Assembly (NCBI RefSeq): GCF_030384885.1
Contig: NZ_CP128613.1
DNA length: 64,000 bases
Reading direction: 5' to 3' (one strand)
Source: Escherichia coli
GTDB taxonomy: Bacteria; Pseudomonadota; Gammaproteobacteria; Enterobacterales; Enterobacteriaceae
In this document: positions 33,861 to 45,820 of the stretch, in pieces
Layout of the letters: the number at the start of each line of letters is the position of its first letter
Numbering within the stretch: position 1 is the first letter of the stretch
Notes under the pieces: generated by a model
What the model was told of the DNA's origin: nothing
Database searches by the model: none
The model's input: only the letters and a program-made list of their open reading frames with translations
Made by a program: the position numbers and the translations under genes

Positions 33861-34700
33861 ATGAAAGACAATCCGCTGATCTCAATCTATATGCCGACCT
33901 GGAACCGCCAACAACTGGCGATTCGGGCGATAAAATCGGTCCTGCGCCAGGACTACAGCAACTGGGAGATGATCATCGTGGATGATTGCTCCACCTCCTG
34001 GGAACAACTGCAACAGTACGTCACCGCCCTCAACGACTCGCGTATTACGTACATTCACAACGACATTAACAGCGGGGCGTGTGCGGTACGTAACCAGGCG
34101 ATTATGCTGGCACAAGGGGAATACATCACCGGGATCGATGACGATGATGAATGGACACCCAACCGCCTGAGCGTCTTCCTCGCCCATAAACAGCAACTGG
34201 TCACACATGCGTTCTTGTACGCCAACGACTACGTTTGCCAGGGGGAAGTCTATTCCCAACCGGCAAGCTTGCCGCTGTATCCCAAATCGCCGTATTCACG
34301 CCGCCTGTTCTACAAACGCAATATCATTGGTAATCAGGTATTTAGCTGGGCGTGGCGTTTCAAAGAGTGCTTGTTCGATACCGAACTGAAAGCGGCACAG
34401 GATTACGACATCTTCCTGCGAATGGTGGTGGAGTACGGCGAACCGTGGAAAGTGGAAGAGGCGACGCAGATCCTGCATATCAATCACGGCGAAATGCAGA
34501 TCACCTCGTCACCGAAAAAATTCTCCGGGTACTTCCACTTTTATCGTAAGCACAAAGACAAATTCGACCGCGCCAGCAAAAAATATCAGTTGTTTACCCT
34601 CTACCAGATCCGCAATAAACGCATGACATGGCGCACTTTGTTGACGTTGCTGTCGGTGCGTAACGGCAAACGTCTGGCTGATGGAATTCGGGGGCGCTAA
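33861..34700 (+). CDS. wcaA: Colanic acid biosynthesis glycosyltransferase WcaA (GT2)
   Basis: 279 aa; GT2 signature ISIYMPTWNR...IIVDDCS...DDDDEW. Confidence 0.92.
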   Translation: MKDNPLISIYMPTWNRQQLAIRAIKSVLRQDYSNWEMIIVDDCSTSWEQLQQYVTALNDSRITYIHNDINSGACAVRNQAIMLAQGEYITGIDDDDEWTPNRLSVFLAHKQQLVTHAFLYANDYVCQGEVYSQPASLPLYPKSPYSRRLFYKRNIIGNQVFSWAWRFKECLFDTELKAAQDYDIFLRMVVEYGEPWKVEEATQILHINHGEMQITSSPKKFSGYFHFYRKHKDKFDRASKKYQLFTLYQIRNKRMTWRTLLTLLSVRNGKRLADGIRGR

Positions 34701-34702
34701 AG

Positions 34703-35191
34703 ATGCTGGAAGATCTGCGCGCCAACAGCTGGAGTTTACGCCCGTGCTGCATGGTTCTTGCCTATCGCGTTGCTCATTTTTGTTCAGTGTGGCGCAAAAA
34801 AAACGTCCTCAACAATCTGTGGGCGGCCCCGCTGTTGGTGCTGTATCGCATTATCACCGAATGCTTTTTCGGTTATGAAATCCAGGCCGCCGCGACCATT
34901 GGCCGACGCTTTACTATCCATCACGGCTATGCCGTAGTGATCAATAAAAACGTGGTCGCGGGGGATGATTTCACCATTCGCCACGGCGTCACTATCGGCA
35001 ATCGTGGTGCCGATAACATGGCATGTCCACACATTGGCAACGGCGTCGAACTTGGTGCCAACGTCATTATCCTTGGCGATATCACGATTGGTAACAACGT
35101 CACCGTGGGGGCGGGCAGCGTGGTGCTCGACGCAATCCCGGACAACGCGCTGGTGGTGGGAGAAAAAGCGCGAGTGAAGGTAATTAAATGA
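34703..35191 (+). CDS. wcaB: Colanic acid acetyltransferase WcaB (hexapeptide-repeat family)
   Basis: 162 aa; left-handed beta-helix hexapeptide repeats (IGNGVELGANVIILGDITIGNNVTVGAGSVV). Confidence 0.92.
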   Translation: MLEDLRANSWSLRPCCMVLAYRVAHFCSVWRKKNVLNNLWAAPLLVLYRIITECFFGYEIQAAATIGRRFTIHHGYAVVINKNVVAGDDFTIRHGVTIGNRGADNMACPHIGNGVELGANVIILGDITIGNNVTVGAGSVVLDAIPDNALVVGEKARVKVIK

Positions 35192-36405
35192 ATATTCTGC
35201 AATTTAATGTGCGACTGGCGGAAGGCGGGGCGGCAGGTGTGGCGTTAGATCTCCACCAGCGCGCGCTGCAACAGGGGCTGGCGTCACATTTTGTCTACGG
35301 CTACGGCAAAGGCGGCAAAGAGAGCGTCAGCCATCAGAACTATCCGCAGGTCATCAAACATACGCCGCGGATGACCGCGATGGCGAACATTGCCCTGTTT
35401 CGTCTGTTTAATCGCGATCTGTTCGGCAATTTCAATGAGTTATATCGCACCATTACTCGCACACCGGGACCGGTAGTCCTGCATTTTCATGTGCTGCACA
35501 GCTACTGGTTGAATCTTAAGAGCGTGGTGCGCTTTTGCGAAAAGGTGAAAAACCACAAACCGGATATCACTTTGGTCTGGACGCTGCACGATCACTGGAG
35601 CGTTACCGGACGCTGCGCCTTTACCGACGGATGCGAAGGCTGGAAAACGGGCTGTCAAAAATGCCCGACCTTAAATAACTATCCGCCGGTGAAGATTGAT
35701 CGCGCGCATCAGCTGGTGGCGGGCAAACGGCAGTTATTTCGCGAGATGCTGGCGCTGGGCTGTCAGTTTATTTCCCCCAGCCAGCATGTAGCTGATGCTT
35801 TCAATAGCCTGTACGGTCCAGGGCGTTGTCGGATTATCAATAACGGTATTGATATGGCAACCGAAGCGATTCTGGCGGACCTGCCTCCGGTGCGTGAAAC
35901 CCAGGGCAAGCCGAAAATCGCGGTGGTGGCGCATGACCTGCGTTACGACGGCAAAACTAACCAGCAACTGGTGCGCGAGATGATGGAGCTGGGTGACAAA
36001 ATAGAACTGCATACCTTTGGTAAGTTCTCGCCGTTCACCGCTGGTAACGTGGTTAATCACGGCTTTGAAACTGACAAGCGCAAGTTGATGAGCGCGCTTA
36101 ATCAGATGGATGCGCTGGTGTTCAGTTCTCGCGTCGATAACTACCCGCTGATTTTGTGTGAGGCGTTATCAATTGGTGTGCCGGTGATTGCCACCCATAG
36201 CGATGCGGCGCGGGAAGTGCTGCAAAAATCCGGCGGTAAAACCGTCAGCGAAGAAGAGGTGCTGCAACTGGTGCAGTTAAGCAAACCGGAAATCGCGCAG
36301 GCGATATTTGGTACCACGCTGGCTGAGTTCAGCCAGCGCAGCCGCGCCGCCTACAGTGGACAACAGATGCTGGAGGAGTATGTCAACTTCTATCAGAATC
36401 TGTAG
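35188..36405 (+). CDS. wcaC: Colanic acid glycosyltransferase WcaC (GT1/GT4)
   Basis: 405 aa; position and length as in K-12; overlaps wcaB by 4 bp. Confidence 0.92.
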   Translation: MNILQFNVRLAEGGAAGVALDLHQRALQQGLASHFVYGYGKGGKESVSHQNYPQVIKHTPRMTAMANIALFRLFNRDLFGNFNELYRTITRTPGPVVLHFHVLHSYWLNLKSVVRFCEKVKNHKPDITLVWTLHDHWSVTGRCAFTDGCEGWKTGCQKCPTLNNYPPVKIDRAHQLVAGKRQLFREMLALGCQFISPSQHVADAFNSLYGPGRCRIINNGIDMATEAILADLPPVRETQGKPKIAVVAHDLRYDGKTNQQLVREMMELGDKIELHTFGKFSPFTAGNVVNHGFETDKRKLMSALNQMDALVFSSRVDNYPLILCEALSIGVPVIATHSDAAREVLQKSGGKTVSEEEVLQLVQLSKPEIAQAIFGTTLAEFSQRSRAAYSGQQMLEEYVNFYQNL

Positions 36406-37600
36406 CTACCTGCTGCTGCCGCTGATTTACCTGCTGGTTAACGTCAAAATCGCCCAGCTTGGCGAAAGTTTCCCCATCACCATCGTCACTTTTTTACCTG
36501 TCTTGTTACTGCTGTTTTTAGAGCGCATCAGCGTTAAAAAATTGATGATTGCCTTAGGGATTGGTGCGGGACTCACGGCGTTTAACTACTTGTTTGGTCA
36601 GTCGTTGGATGCCAGTAAATACGTCACTTCAACCATGCTGTTTGTCTATATTGTGATCATTATTGGCATGGTGTGGAGTATTCGCTTTAAAACGATTTCG
36701 CCACACAACCATCGCAAGATATTACGTTTCTTTTATCTGGTGGTGGGGCTGGTGGTGGCGCTGGCGGCGGTGGAGATGGCGCAAATTATCCTCACTGGCG
36801 GCAGCAGTATTATGGAGTCGATTTCGAAATATCTGATTTACAGCAACAGTTATGTGCTGAATTTCATTAAATTCGGCGGCAAGCGCACGACAGCACTTTA
36901 TTTCGAACCGGCATTTTTCGCTCTGGCATTAATCTCAATTTGGCTCAGCATTAAACAGTTTGGTATCAAAACGCCTAAAACCGATGCTATGATTCTCGCA
37001 GGGATAATATTATCCGGATCGTTTTCAGGGGTTATGACCTTTATCCTGTTTTATTTGTTGGAGTGGGCGTTTCAATATCTGAACAAAGAGGCGATTAAGA
37101 AAAAGTTACCGTTAGCATTGATTTCTCTGGCTGTATTCCTGGTTGGTGTGGTAATCGCGTTTCCTTATATTTCCACCCGCTTGGGCGATTTAGGTACGGA
37201 AGGATCGTCATCGTATTATCGCATTGTCGGTCCACTGGTGATGGTCGGTTATTCTTTGAGCCATATTGACGGTGTAGTCAGATTTGGCTCACTTTATGAA
37301 TATGTCGCATCATTCGGAATATTTAACGGTGCGGATGTCGGAAAAACCATAGACAATGGTTTGTATCTGCTGATTATTTATTTTTCCTGGTTCGCAGTGC
37401 TTTTATCACTGTGGTACATGGGGAAAGTGATAAAAATGATGATCAACGCTTTTGGTGATAATCGCAATTTTCGTGTGCAGCTCTATCTTTTTACTCCGGT
37501 GTCGCTGTTTTTTACCGGTTCGATATTTAGCCCGGAATATGCATTTTTAATCGTCTGTCCATTTATTTTGCGAAAAGCGTTAAATATACACCCTAAATAA
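36380..37600 (+). CDS. wcaD: Colanic acid polymerase WcaD (Wzy-like)
   Basis: Track ORF from 36308; start set at MSTSIRICSYLLLPLIYLLVNV (~406 aa), multi-TM. Exact start uncertain by a few codons. Confidence 0.85.
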   Translation: MSTSIRICSYLLLPLIYLLVNVKIAQLGESFPITIVTFLPVLLLLFLERISVKKLMIALGIGAGLTAFNYLFGQSLDASKYVTSTMLFVYIVIIIGMVWSIRFKTISPHNHRKILRFFYLVVGLVVALAAVEMAQIILTGGSSIMESISKYLIYSNSYVLNFIKFGGKRTTALYFEPAFFALALISIWLSIKQFGIKTPKTDAMILAGIILSGSFSGVMTFILFYLLEWAFQYLNKEAIKKKLPLALISLAVFLVGVVIAFPYISTRLGDLGTEGSSSYYRIVGPLVMVGYSLSHIDGVVRFGSLYEYVASFGIFNGADVGKTIDNGLYLLIIYFSWFAVLLSLWYMGKVIKMMINAFGDNRNFRVQLYLFTPVSLFFTGSIFSPEYAFLIVCPFILRKALNIHPK

Positions 37601-37602
37601 TT

Positions 37603-37715
<113 letters not shown>

Positions 37716-37726
37716 GAGGTAAGAAC

Positions 37727-38473
37727 ATGTTGCTTAGCATAATCACCGTTGCGTTTCGTAACCTCGAAGGGATAGTCAAAACACACGCCTCGCTGGCGCA
37801 TCTGGCGCAGGCTGACGATATCAGCTTCGAATGGATAGTTGTCGATGGCGGTTCCAATGACGGCACCCGTGAGTATCTGGAAAATCTCAATGGTATCTAT
37901 AACCTACGCTTTGTCAGTGAACCAGATAAGGGCATCTACGACGCCATGAACAAAGGCATTGCGATGGCACAAGGCAAGTTTGCGCTGTTTCTCAACTCGG
38001 GCGATATTTTTCATCAGGATGCCGCAAATTTTGTCCGTAAGTTAAAAATGCAAAAAGATAACGTGATGATCACCGGCGATGCGCTGCTGGATTTTGGCGA
38101 CGGGCATAAAATTAAACGTCGCGCTAAACCTGGCTGGTATATTTATCACAGCCTGCCCGCCAGCCATCAGGCGATATTTTTCCCGGTATCCGGCTTGAAA
38201 AAATGGCGTTATGATCTGGAATATAAAGTTTCTTCCGATTACGCGCTGGCGGCCAAAATGTATAAAGCAGGTTATGCATTTAAAAAACTCAATGGCCTGG
38301 TGTCTGAATTTTCTATGGGTGGGGTATCTACCACCAATAATATGGAATTGTGCGCGGACGCGAAAAAAGTCCAACGGCAAATATTACATGTGCCTGGCTT
38401 CTGGGCTGAATTATCCTGGCATTTACGCCAGCGCACGACGGGTAAGACTAAAGCCTTATATAACAAAGTCTGA
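37727..38473 (+). CDS. wcaE: Colanic acid glycosyltransferase WcaE (GT2)
   Basis: 248 aa; GT2 motif [10 protein letters not shown]. Confidence 0.92.
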   Translation: MLLSIITVAFRNLEGIVKTHASLAHLAQADDISFEWIVVDGGSNDGTREYLENLNGIYNLRFVSEPDKGIYDAMNKGIAMAQGKFALFLNSGDIFHQDAANFVRKLKMQKDNVMITGDALLDFGDGHKIKRRAKPGWYIYHSLPASHQAIFFPVSGLKKWRYDLEYKVSSDYALAAKMYKAGYAFKKLNGLVSEFSMGGVSTTNNMELCADAKKVQRQILHVPGFWAELSWHLRQRTTGKTKALYNKV

Positions 38474-38488
38474 ATATAAGGAATACCA

Positions 38489-39037
38489 ATGCAAGATTTA
38501 AGCGGTTTCTCGGTGCCGAAAGGGTTCCGGGGCGGCAACGCTATTAAAGTGCAATTGTGGTGGGCAGTACAGGCAACAATATTTGCCTGGTCGCCACAAG
38601 TATTGTATCGCTGGCGGGCATTTTTATTACGTTTATTCGGCGCAAAAATAGGAAAAAACGTAGTTATTCGTCCGTCAGTAAAAATTACCTATCCGTGGAA
38701 ATTAACCTTAGGTGATTACGCGTGGGTCGGCGATGAGGTCAATTTATATACCCTCGGTGAAATAACCATTGGCGCACATTCGGTGATATCGCAAAAAAGT
38801 TATTTATGCACCGGGAGCCACGACCATGCAAGTCGACATTTCACCATAAACGCCACGCCCATTGTGATTGGCGAGAAATGCTGGCTGGCAACCGATGTTT
38901 TTGTTGCTCCTGGCGTCACGATCGGCGACGGCACCGTCGTGGGTGCGCGAAGCAGTGTTTTTAAATCGCTTCCGGCAAATAGAGTTTGCCGGGGGAATCC
39001 CGCAGTGGTGATACGCGAACGCGTTGAAACTGAATAA
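38489..39037 (+). CDS. wcaF: Colanic acid acetyltransferase WcaF (hexapeptide-repeat family)
   Basis: 182 aa; hexapeptide-repeat region (GVTIGDGTVVGARSSV). Confidence 0.92.
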   Translation: MQDLSGFSVPKGFRGGNAIKVQLWWAVQATIFAWSPQVLYRWRAFLLRLFGAKIGKNVVIRPSVKITYPWKLTLGDYAWVGDEVNLYTLGEITIGAHSVISQKSYLCTGSHDHASRHFTINATPIVIGEKCWLATDVFVAPGVTIGDGTVVGARSSVFKSLPANRVCRGNPAVVIRERVETE

Positions 39038-39063
39038 ATTCAAAAAATACAGAGGAATAAGAC

Positions 39064-40185
39064 ATGTCAAAAGTCGCTCTCATCACCGGTGTAACCGGAC
39101 AAGACGGTTCTTACCTGGCAGAGTTTCTGCTGGAAAAAGGTTACGAGGTGCATGGTATTAAGCGTCGTGCATCGTCATTCAACACCGAGCGCGTGGATCA
39201 CATTTATCAGGATCCGCATACCTGTAACCCGAAATTCCATCTGCATTATGGCGACCTGAGTGATACCTCCAACCTGACGCGCATTTTGCGTGAAGTGCAG
39301 CCGGATGAAGTGTACAACCTGGGGGCAATGAGCCACGTTGCGGTTTCTTTTGAGTCACCGGAATATACCGCAGACGTTGATGCGATGGGCACACTGCGTC
39401 TGCTGGAGGCGATCCGCTTCCTTGGTCTGGAAAAGAAAACCCGTTTCTATCAGGCTTCCACTTCTGAACTGTACGGTCTGGTGCAGGAAATTCCGCAGAA
39501 AGAAACCACGCCGTTCTATCCGCGATCTCCATATGCGGTCGCCAAGCTGTATGCCTACTGGATCACCGTTAACTACCGCGAATCCTACGGCATGTACGCC
39601 TGTAACGGCATTCTCTTCAACCATGAATCCCCGCGCCGCGGCGAAACCTTCGTGACCCGCAAAATTACCCGCGCAATCGCCAACATCGCCCAGGGGCTGG
39701 AGTCGTGCCTGTACCTCGGCAATATGGACTCCCTGCGTGACTGGGGCCATGCCAAAGACTACGTAAAAATGCAGTGGATGATGCTGCAACAGGAACAGCC
39801 AGAAGATTTCGTTATTGCCACCGGCGTTCAGTACTCCGTGCGTCAGTTCGTGGAAATGGCGGCAGCACAGCTGGGCATCAAACTGCGCTTTGAAGGCACG
39901 GGCGTTGAAGAGAAGGGCATTGTGGTTTCCGTCACCGGGCATGACGCGCCGGGCGTTAAACCGGGCGATGTGATTATCGCCGTTGACCCGCGTTACTTCC
40001 GTCCTGCTGAAGTAGAAACGCTGCTCGGCGACCCGACCAAAGCGCACGAAAAACTGGGCTGGAAACCGGAAATCACCCTCAGAGAGATGGTATCTGAAAT
40101 GGTGGCTAATGACCTCGAAGCGGCGAAAAAACACTCTCTGCTGAAATCTCACGGCTACGACGTGGCGATCGCGCTGGAGTCATAA
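39064..40185 (+). CDS. gmd: GDP-mannose 4,6-dehydratase
   Basis: 373 aa; Rossmann GxxGxxG ([17 protein letters not shown]) and SDR YxxxK signature. Confidence 0.96.
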
Positions 40186-40187
40186 GC

Positions 40188-41153
40188 ATGAGTAAACAAC
40201 GTATTTTTATCGCTGGCCATCGCGGGATGGTCGGTTCTGCCATCAAGCGACAGCTCGAACAGCGCGGTGATGTGGAACTGGTATTACGCACCCGCGACGA
40301 ACTGAACCTGCTGGACAGCCGCGCGGTGCATGATTTCTTTGCCAGCGAGCGCATTGACCAGGTCTATCTGGCGGCGGCGAAAGTGGGCGGGATTGTCGCC
40401 AACAACACGTATCCGGCGGATTTCATCTACCAGAATATGATGATTGAGAGCAACATCATTCACGCTGCGCATCAGAACGACGTGAACAAACTGCTGTTTC
40501 TCGGATCGTCCTGCATCTACCCAAAACTGGCAAAACAGCCGATGGCAGAAGGCGAGCTGTTACAGGGCACGCTGGAGCCGACCAACGAGCCATACGCCAT
40601 TGCCAAAATCGCCGGGATCAAACTGTGCGAATCTTACAACCGCCAGTATGGACGCGATTACCGCTCTGTCATGCCGACCAACCTGTACGGGCCGCACGAC
40701 AACTTCCATCCAAGTAATTCGCATGTGATCCCCGCATTGCTGCGCCGCTTCCACGAGGCGACGGCACAGAATGCACCGGACGTGGTGGTGTGGGGCAGCG
40801 GTACGCCGATGCGCGAATTTCTGCACGTCGATGATATGGCGGCGGCAAGCATTCATGTCATGGAGCTGGCGCACGAAGTCTGGCTGGAAAACACCCAGCC
40901 GATGCTGTCGCACATTAACGTCGGCACGGGCGTTGACTGCACTATCCGCGAGCTGGCGCAAACCATCGCCAAAGTGGTGGGTTACAAAGGCCGGGTGGTT
41001 TTTGATGCCAGTAAACCGGATGGCACACCGCGCAAACTGCTGGATGTGACGCGCCTGCATCAGCTTGGCTGGTATCACGAAATCTCACTGGAAGCGGGGC
41101 TTGCCAGCACTTACCAGTGGTTCCTTGAGAATCAAGACCGCTTTCGGGGGTAA
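40188..41153 (+). CDS. fcl: GDP-L-fucose synthase (GDP-4-keto-6-deoxymannose epimerase/reductase)
   Basis: 321 aa; N-terminal NAD(P)-binding [14 protein letters not shown]; follows gmd. Confidence 0.95.
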   Translation: MSKQRIFIAGHRGMVGSAIKRQLEQRGDVELVLRTRDELNLLDSRAVHDFFASERIDQVYLAAAKVGGIVANNTYPADFIYQNMMIESNIIHAAHQNDVNKLLFLGSSCIYPKLAKQPMAEGELLQGTLEPTNEPYAIAKIAGIKLCESYNRQYGRDYRSVMPTNLYGPHDNFHPSNSHVIPALLRRFHEATAQNAPDVVVWGSGTPMREFLHVDDMAAASIHVMELAHEVWLENTQPMLSHINVGTGVDCTIRELAQTIAKVVGYKGRVVFDASKPDGTPRKLLDVTRLHQLGWYHEISLEAGLASTYQWFLENQDRFRG

Positions 41154-41155
41154 TG

Positions 41156-41635
41156 ATGTTTTTACGTCAGGAAGACTTTGCCACGGTAGTGCGCTCCACA
41201 CCGCTTGTCTCTCTCGACTTTATTGTCGAGAACAGTCGCGGCGAGTTTCTGCTTGGCAAAAGAACCAACCGCCCGGCGCAGGGTTACTGGTTTGTGCCGG
41301 GAGGGCGCGTGCAGAAGGACGAAACGCTGGAAGCCGCATTTGAGCGGCTGACGATGGCGGAACTGGGGCTGCGTCTGCCGATAACAGCGGGTCAGTTTTA
41401 CGGTGTCTGGCAGCACTTTTATGACGATAACTTCTCCGGCTCGGATTTTACCACGCACTATGTGGTGCTCGGTTTTCGCATCAGAGTAGCGGAAGAAGAG
41501 CTGTTACTGCCGGATGAGCAACATGACGATTACCGCTGGCTGACGCCGGACGCGTTGCTCGCCAGTGACAATGTTCACGCTAACAGCCGCGCCTATTTTC
41601 TCGCTGAGAAGCGTGCCGGAGTACCCGGATTATGA
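41156..41635 (+). CDS. gmm: GDP-mannose mannosyl hydrolase (Nudix)
   Basis: 159 aa from the second Met ([12 protein letters not shown]); Nudix-family fold. Confidence 0.9.
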   Translation: MFLRQEDFATVVRSTPLVSLDFIVENSRGEFLLGKRTNRPAQGYWFVPGGRVQKDETLEAAFERLTMAELGLRLPITAGQFYGVWQHFYDDNFSGSDFTTHYVVLGFRIRVAEEELLLPDEQHDDYRWLTPDALLASDNVHANSRAYFLAEKRAGVPGL

Positions 41636-42855
41636 AAATACTGGTCTACGGCATTAACTACTCGCCGGAGTTAACCGGCATCGGCAAATACACCGGCGAG
41701 ATGGTGGAATGGCTGGCAGCACAAGGTCATGAGGTGCGGGTAATTACCGCACCGCCTTACTACCCGCAGTGGCAGGTGGGCGAGAAATATTCCGCCTGGC
41801 GGTACAAACGAGAAGAGGGGGCCGCTACGGTGTGGCGCTGCCCGCTGTATGTGCCAAAACAGCCGAGCACCCTGAAACGCCTGTTGCATCTCGGCAGTTT
41901 TGCCGTCAGCAGTTTTTTCCCGTTGATGGCGCAACGTCGCTGGAAGCCGGATCGCATTATCGGCGTAGTACCAACGCTGTTTTGCACGCCGGGAATGCGC
42001 CTGCTGGCGAAACTCTCTGGTGCGCGTACTGTGCTGCATATTCAGGATTACGAAGTGGATGCCATGCTGGGGCTGGGCCTTGCCGGAAAAGGTAAAGCCG
42101 GCAAAGTGGCACAGCTGGCGACAGCCTTCGAACGTAGCGGACTGCATAACGTCGATAACGTCTCCACGATTTCGCGTTCGATGATGAATAAAGCTGTCGA
42201 AAAAGGTGTGGCGGCGGAAAACGTCATCTTCTTCCCCAACTGGTCGGAAATTGCTCGTTTTCAGCATGTCGCAGACGCCGATGTTGCTGCCCTTCGTAAC
42301 CAACTTGGCCTGCCGGATAACAAAAAAATCATTCTTTACTCCGGCAATATTGGTGAAAAGCAGGGGCTGGAAAACGTTATTGAAGCTGCCGATCGCCTGC
42401 GCGATGAACCGCTGATTTTTGCCATTGTCGGGCAGGGCGGCGGCAAAGCGCGGCTGGAAAAAATGGCGCAGCAGCGCGGACTGCGCAATATGCAATTTTT
42501 CCCGCTGCAATCGTATGACGCTTTACCCGCACTGCTGAAGATGGGCGATTGCCATCTGGTGGTGCAAAAACGCGGTGCGGCAGATGCCGTATTGCCGTCG
42601 AAACTGACCAATATTCTGGCGGTAGGCGGTAACGCGGTGATTACCGCAGAAGCCCACACAGAACTGTGGCAGCTTTGCGAAACCTTTCCGGGCATTGCGG
42701 TTTGCGTAGAACCGGAATCGGTCGAGGCGCTGGTGGAGGGGATTCGTCAGGCGCTCCTGCTGCCCAAACACAACACGGTGGCACGTGAATATGCCGAACG
42801 CACGCTCGATAAAGAGAACGTGTTACGTCAATTTATACATGATATTCGGGGATAA
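41632..42855 (+). CDS. wcaI: Colanic acid glycosyltransferase WcaI (GT1)
   Basis: 407 aa; N-terminus [24 protein letters not shown]; GT1/GT4 family. Confidence 0.92.
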   Translation: MKILVYGINYSPELTGIGKYTGEMVEWLAAQGHEVRVITAPPYYPQWQVGEKYSAWRYKREEGAATVWRCPLYVPKQPSTLKRLLHLGSFAVSSFFPLMAQRRWKPDRIIGVVPTLFCTPGMRLLAKLSGARTVLHIQDYEVDAMLGLGLAGKGKAGKVAQLATAFERSGLHNVDNVSTISRSMMNKAVEKGVAAENVIFFPNWSEIARFQHVADADVAALRNQLGLPDNKKIILYSGNIGEKQGLENVIEAADRLRDEPLIFAIVGQGGGKARLEKMAQQRGLRNMQFFPLQSYDALPALLKMGDCHLVVQKRGAADAVLPSKLTNILAVGGNAVITAEAHTELWQLCETFPGIAVCVEPESVEALVEGIRQALLLPKHNTVAREYAERTLDKENVLRQFIHDIRG

Positions 42856-42857
42856 TT

Positions 42858-44294
42858 ATGTCGCAGTCGAAACTCTATCCAGTTGTGATGGCAGGTGGCT
42901 CCGGTAGCCGCTTATGGCCGCTTTCCCGCGTACTTTATCCCAAGCAGTTTTTATGCCTGAAAGGCGATCTTACCATGCTGCAAACCACCATCTGCCGCCT
43001 GAACGGCGTGGAGTGCGAAAGCCCGGTGGTGATTTGCAATGAGCAGCACCGCTTTATTGTCGCGGAACAGCTGCGTCAACTGAACAAACTCACCGAGAAC
43101 ATTATTCTCGAACCGGCAGGGCGTAACACTGCACCTGCCATTGCGTTGGCGGCGCTGGCGGCAGAACGTCATAGCCCGGACAGCGATCCGTTAATGTTGG
43201 TCCTGGCGGCAGATCATGTGATTGCCGACGAAGACGCGTTCCGCGCCGCCGTGCGTAATGCCATGCCGTATGCCGAAGCGGGCAAGCTGGTGACCTTCGG
43301 CATTGTGCCGGATCTACCTGAAACCGGATATGGCTATATTCGTCGCGGTGAAGTGTCGGCGGGTGAGCAGGATACGGTGGCCTTTGAAGTGGCGCAGTTT
43401 GTCGAAAAACCGAATCTGGAAACCGCTCAGGCCTATGTGGCAAGCGGCGAATATTACTGGAACAGCGGCATGTTCCTGTTCCGCGCCGGACGTTATCTCG
43501 AAGAACTGAAAAAATATCGCCCGGATATTCTCGACGCCTGCGAAAAAGCGATGAGCGCCGTCGATCCGGATCTCGATTTTATTCGCGTGGATGAAGAAGC
43601 GTTTCTCGCCTGCCCGGAAGAGTCGGTGGATTACGCGGTCATGGAACGTACGGCAGATGCCGTTGTGGTGCCGATGGATGCGGGCTGGAGCGATGTCGGT
43701 TCCTGGTCCTCTTTATGGGAGATCAGCGCCCACACCGCGGAAGGCAACGTTTGCCACGGCGATGTGATTAATCACAAAACCGAAAACAGCTACGTGTATG
43801 CCGAATCTGGCCTGGTCACCACCGTCGGGGTAAAAGATCTGGTAGTGGTGCAGACCAAAGACGCGGTGCTGATTGCCGACCGTAACGCGGTGCAGGATGT
43901 GAAAAAAGTGGTCGAGCAGATCAAAGCCGATGGTCGCCATGAGCATCGGGTGCATCGCGAAGTGTATCGCCCGTGGGGCAAATATGACTCTATCGACGCG
44001 GGCGACCGCTACCAGGTGAAACGCATCACCGTGAAACCGGGCGAGGGCTTGTCGGTACAGATGCACCATCACCGCGCGGAACATTGGGTAGTGGTCGCGG
44101 GAACGGCAAAAGTCACCATTGACGGTGATATCAAACTGCTTGGTGAAAACGAGTCCATTTATATTCCGCTGGGGGCAAAACACTGCCTGGAAAACCCCGG
44201 GAAAATTCCCCTCGATTTAATTGAAGTGCGCTCCGGCTCTTATCTCGAAGAGGATGATGTGGTGCGCTTCGCGGATCGCTACGGACGGGTGTAG
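42858..44294 (+). CDS. cpsB: Mannose-1-phosphate guanylyltransferase (colanic acid copy)
   Basis: 478 aa; N-terminal nucleotidyltransferase motif [16 protein letters not shown] and C-terminal cupin domain. Confidence 0.95.
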   Translation: MSQSKLYPVVMAGGSGSRLWPLSRVLYPKQFLCLKGDLTMLQTTICRLNGVECESPVVICNEQHRFIVAEQLRQLNKLTENIILEPAGRNTAPAIALAALAAERHSPDSDPLMLVLAADHVIADEDAFRAAVRNAMPYAEAGKLVTFGIVPDLPETGYGYIRRGEVSAGEQDTVAFEVAQFVEKPNLETAQAYVASGEYYWNSGMFLFRAGRYLEELKKYRPDILDACEKAMSAVDPDLDFIRVDEEAFLACPEESVDYAVMERTADAVVVPMDAGWSDVGSWSSLWEISAHTAEGNVCHGDVINHKTENSYVYAESGLVTTVGVKDLVVVQTKDAVLIADRNAVQDVKKVVEQIKADGRHEHRVHREVYRPWGKYDSIDAGDRYQVKRITVKPGEGLSVQMHHHRAEHWVVVAGTAKVTIDGDIKLLGENESIYIPLGAKHCLENPGKIPLDLIEVRSGSYLEEDDVVRFADRYGRV

Positions 44295-44395
44295 TAGTTG
44301 AATAATCAACCGGAATAAATCTCCGGTAAATAACGACAAAAACAAAATTGGCCGTTTCGGTCAGGGCCAATTATTGCCTGAAAAAGGGTAACGAT

Positions 44396-45766
44396 ATGAA
44401 AAAATTAACCTGCTTTAAAGCCTATGATATTCGCGGAAAATTAGGCGAAGAACTGAATGAAGATATCGCCTGGCGTATTGGGCGTGCTTATGGCGAATTT
44501 CTCAAACCGAAAACCATTGTGTTAGGCGGTGACGTCCGTCTCACCAGCGAAACCTTAAAACTGGCGCTGGCAAAAGGGTTACAGGATGCGGGCGTTGACG
44601 TGCTGGATATCGGCATGTCCGGCACCGAAGAGATCTATTTCGCCACGTTCCATCTCGGCGTGGATGGCGGCATCGAAGTTACCGCCAGCCATAATCCGAT
44701 GGATTACAACGGCATGAAACTGGTGCGCGAAGGGGCTCGCCCGATCAGCGGTGATACCGGACTGCGCGACGTCCAGCGTCTGGCAGAAGCCAACGATTTT
44801 CCTCCCGTCGATGAAACCAAACGCGGTCGCTATCAGCAAATCAACCTGCGCGACGCTTACGTTGATCATCTGTTCGGTTATATCAACGTCAAAAACCTTA
44901 CGCCGCTCAAGCTGGTGATCAACTCCGGGAACGGTGCGGCGGGTCCGGTGGTGGACGCCATCGAAGCCCGCTTTAAAGCCCTCGGCGCACCCGTGGAATT
45001 GATCAAAGTACACAACACGCCGGACGGCAATTTCCCCAACGGTATTCCTAATCCATTGCTGCCGGAATGCCGCGACGATACCCGCAATGCGGTCATTAAA
45101 CACGGCGCGGATATGGGTATTGCCTTTGATGGCGATTTTGACCGCTGTTTCCTGTTTGACGAAAAAGGACAGTTTATCGAGGGCTACTACATTGTCGGCC
45201 TGCTGGCAGAAGCGTTCCTCGAAAAAAATCCCGGCGCGAAGATCATCCACGATCCACGTCTTTCCTGGAACACCGTTGATGTAGTGACTGCCGCAGGCGG
45301 CACCCCGGTGATGTCAAAAACCGGACACGCCTTTATTAAAGAACGTATGCGCAAGGAAGACGCCATCTATGGTGGCGAAATGAGCGCCCACCATTACTTC
45401 CGTGATTTCGCTTACTGCGACAGCGGCATGATCCCGTGGCTGCTGGTCGCCGAACTGGTGTGCATGAAAGGGAAAACGCTGGGCGAACTGGTGCGCGACC
45501 GCATGGCGGCATTCCCGGCAAGCGGTGAGATCAACAGCAAACTGGCGCACCCCGGTGAGGCGATTAATCGCGTCGAACAGCATTTTAGCCGCGAGGCGCT
45601 GGCGGTGGATCGCACCGATGGTATCAGCATGACCTTTGCCGACTGGCGCTTTAACCTGCGCTCCTCCAACACCGAACCGGTGGTACGCCTGAATGTGGAA
45701 TCGCGCGGTGATGTGCCGCTGATGGAAGCGCGAACGCGAACTCTGCTGACGTTGCTGAACGAGTAA
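44396..45766 (+). CDS. cpsG: Phosphomannomutase (colanic acid copy)
   Basis: Start at [17 protein letters not shown] gives 456 aa; active-site TASHNP and metal-binding DGDFDR. Confidence 0.95.
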   Translation: MKKLTCFKAYDIRGKLGEELNEDIAWRIGRAYGEFLKPKTIVLGGDVRLTSETLKLALAKGLQDAGVDVLDIGMSGTEEIYFATFHLGVDGGIEVTASHNPMDYNGMKLVREGARPISGDTGLRDVQRLAEANDFPPVDETKRGRYQQINLRDAYVDHLFGYINVKNLTPLKLVINSGNGAAGPVVDAIEARFKALGAPVELIKVHNTPDGNFPNGIPNPLLPECRDDTRNAVIKHGADMGIAFDGDFDRCFLFDEKGQFIEGYYIVGLLAEAFLEKNPGAKIIHDPRLSWNTVDVVTAAGGTPVMSKTGHAFIKERMRKEDAIYGGEMSAHHYFRDFAYCDSGMIPWLLVAELVCMKGKTLGELVRDRMAAFPASGEINSKLAHPGEAINRVEQHFSREALAVDRTDGISMTFADWRFNLRSSNTEPVVRLNVESRGDVPLMEARTRTLLTLLNE

Positions 45767-45820
45767 TGTCGGATCTTCCCTTACCCCATTGCGGGTAAGG
45801 GGCTAATAACAGGAACAACG

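Noticed and set aside
39355-40152. 265-aa minus-strand ORF antisense to gmd (similar cases: 44579..45250 in cpsG, 46730..47329 in wcaJ, 32395..32997 in wzc, 41671..42510 in wcaI)
   Set aside because: Entirely within well-supported sense genes of the colanic acid operon; no start-site context; judged spurious.
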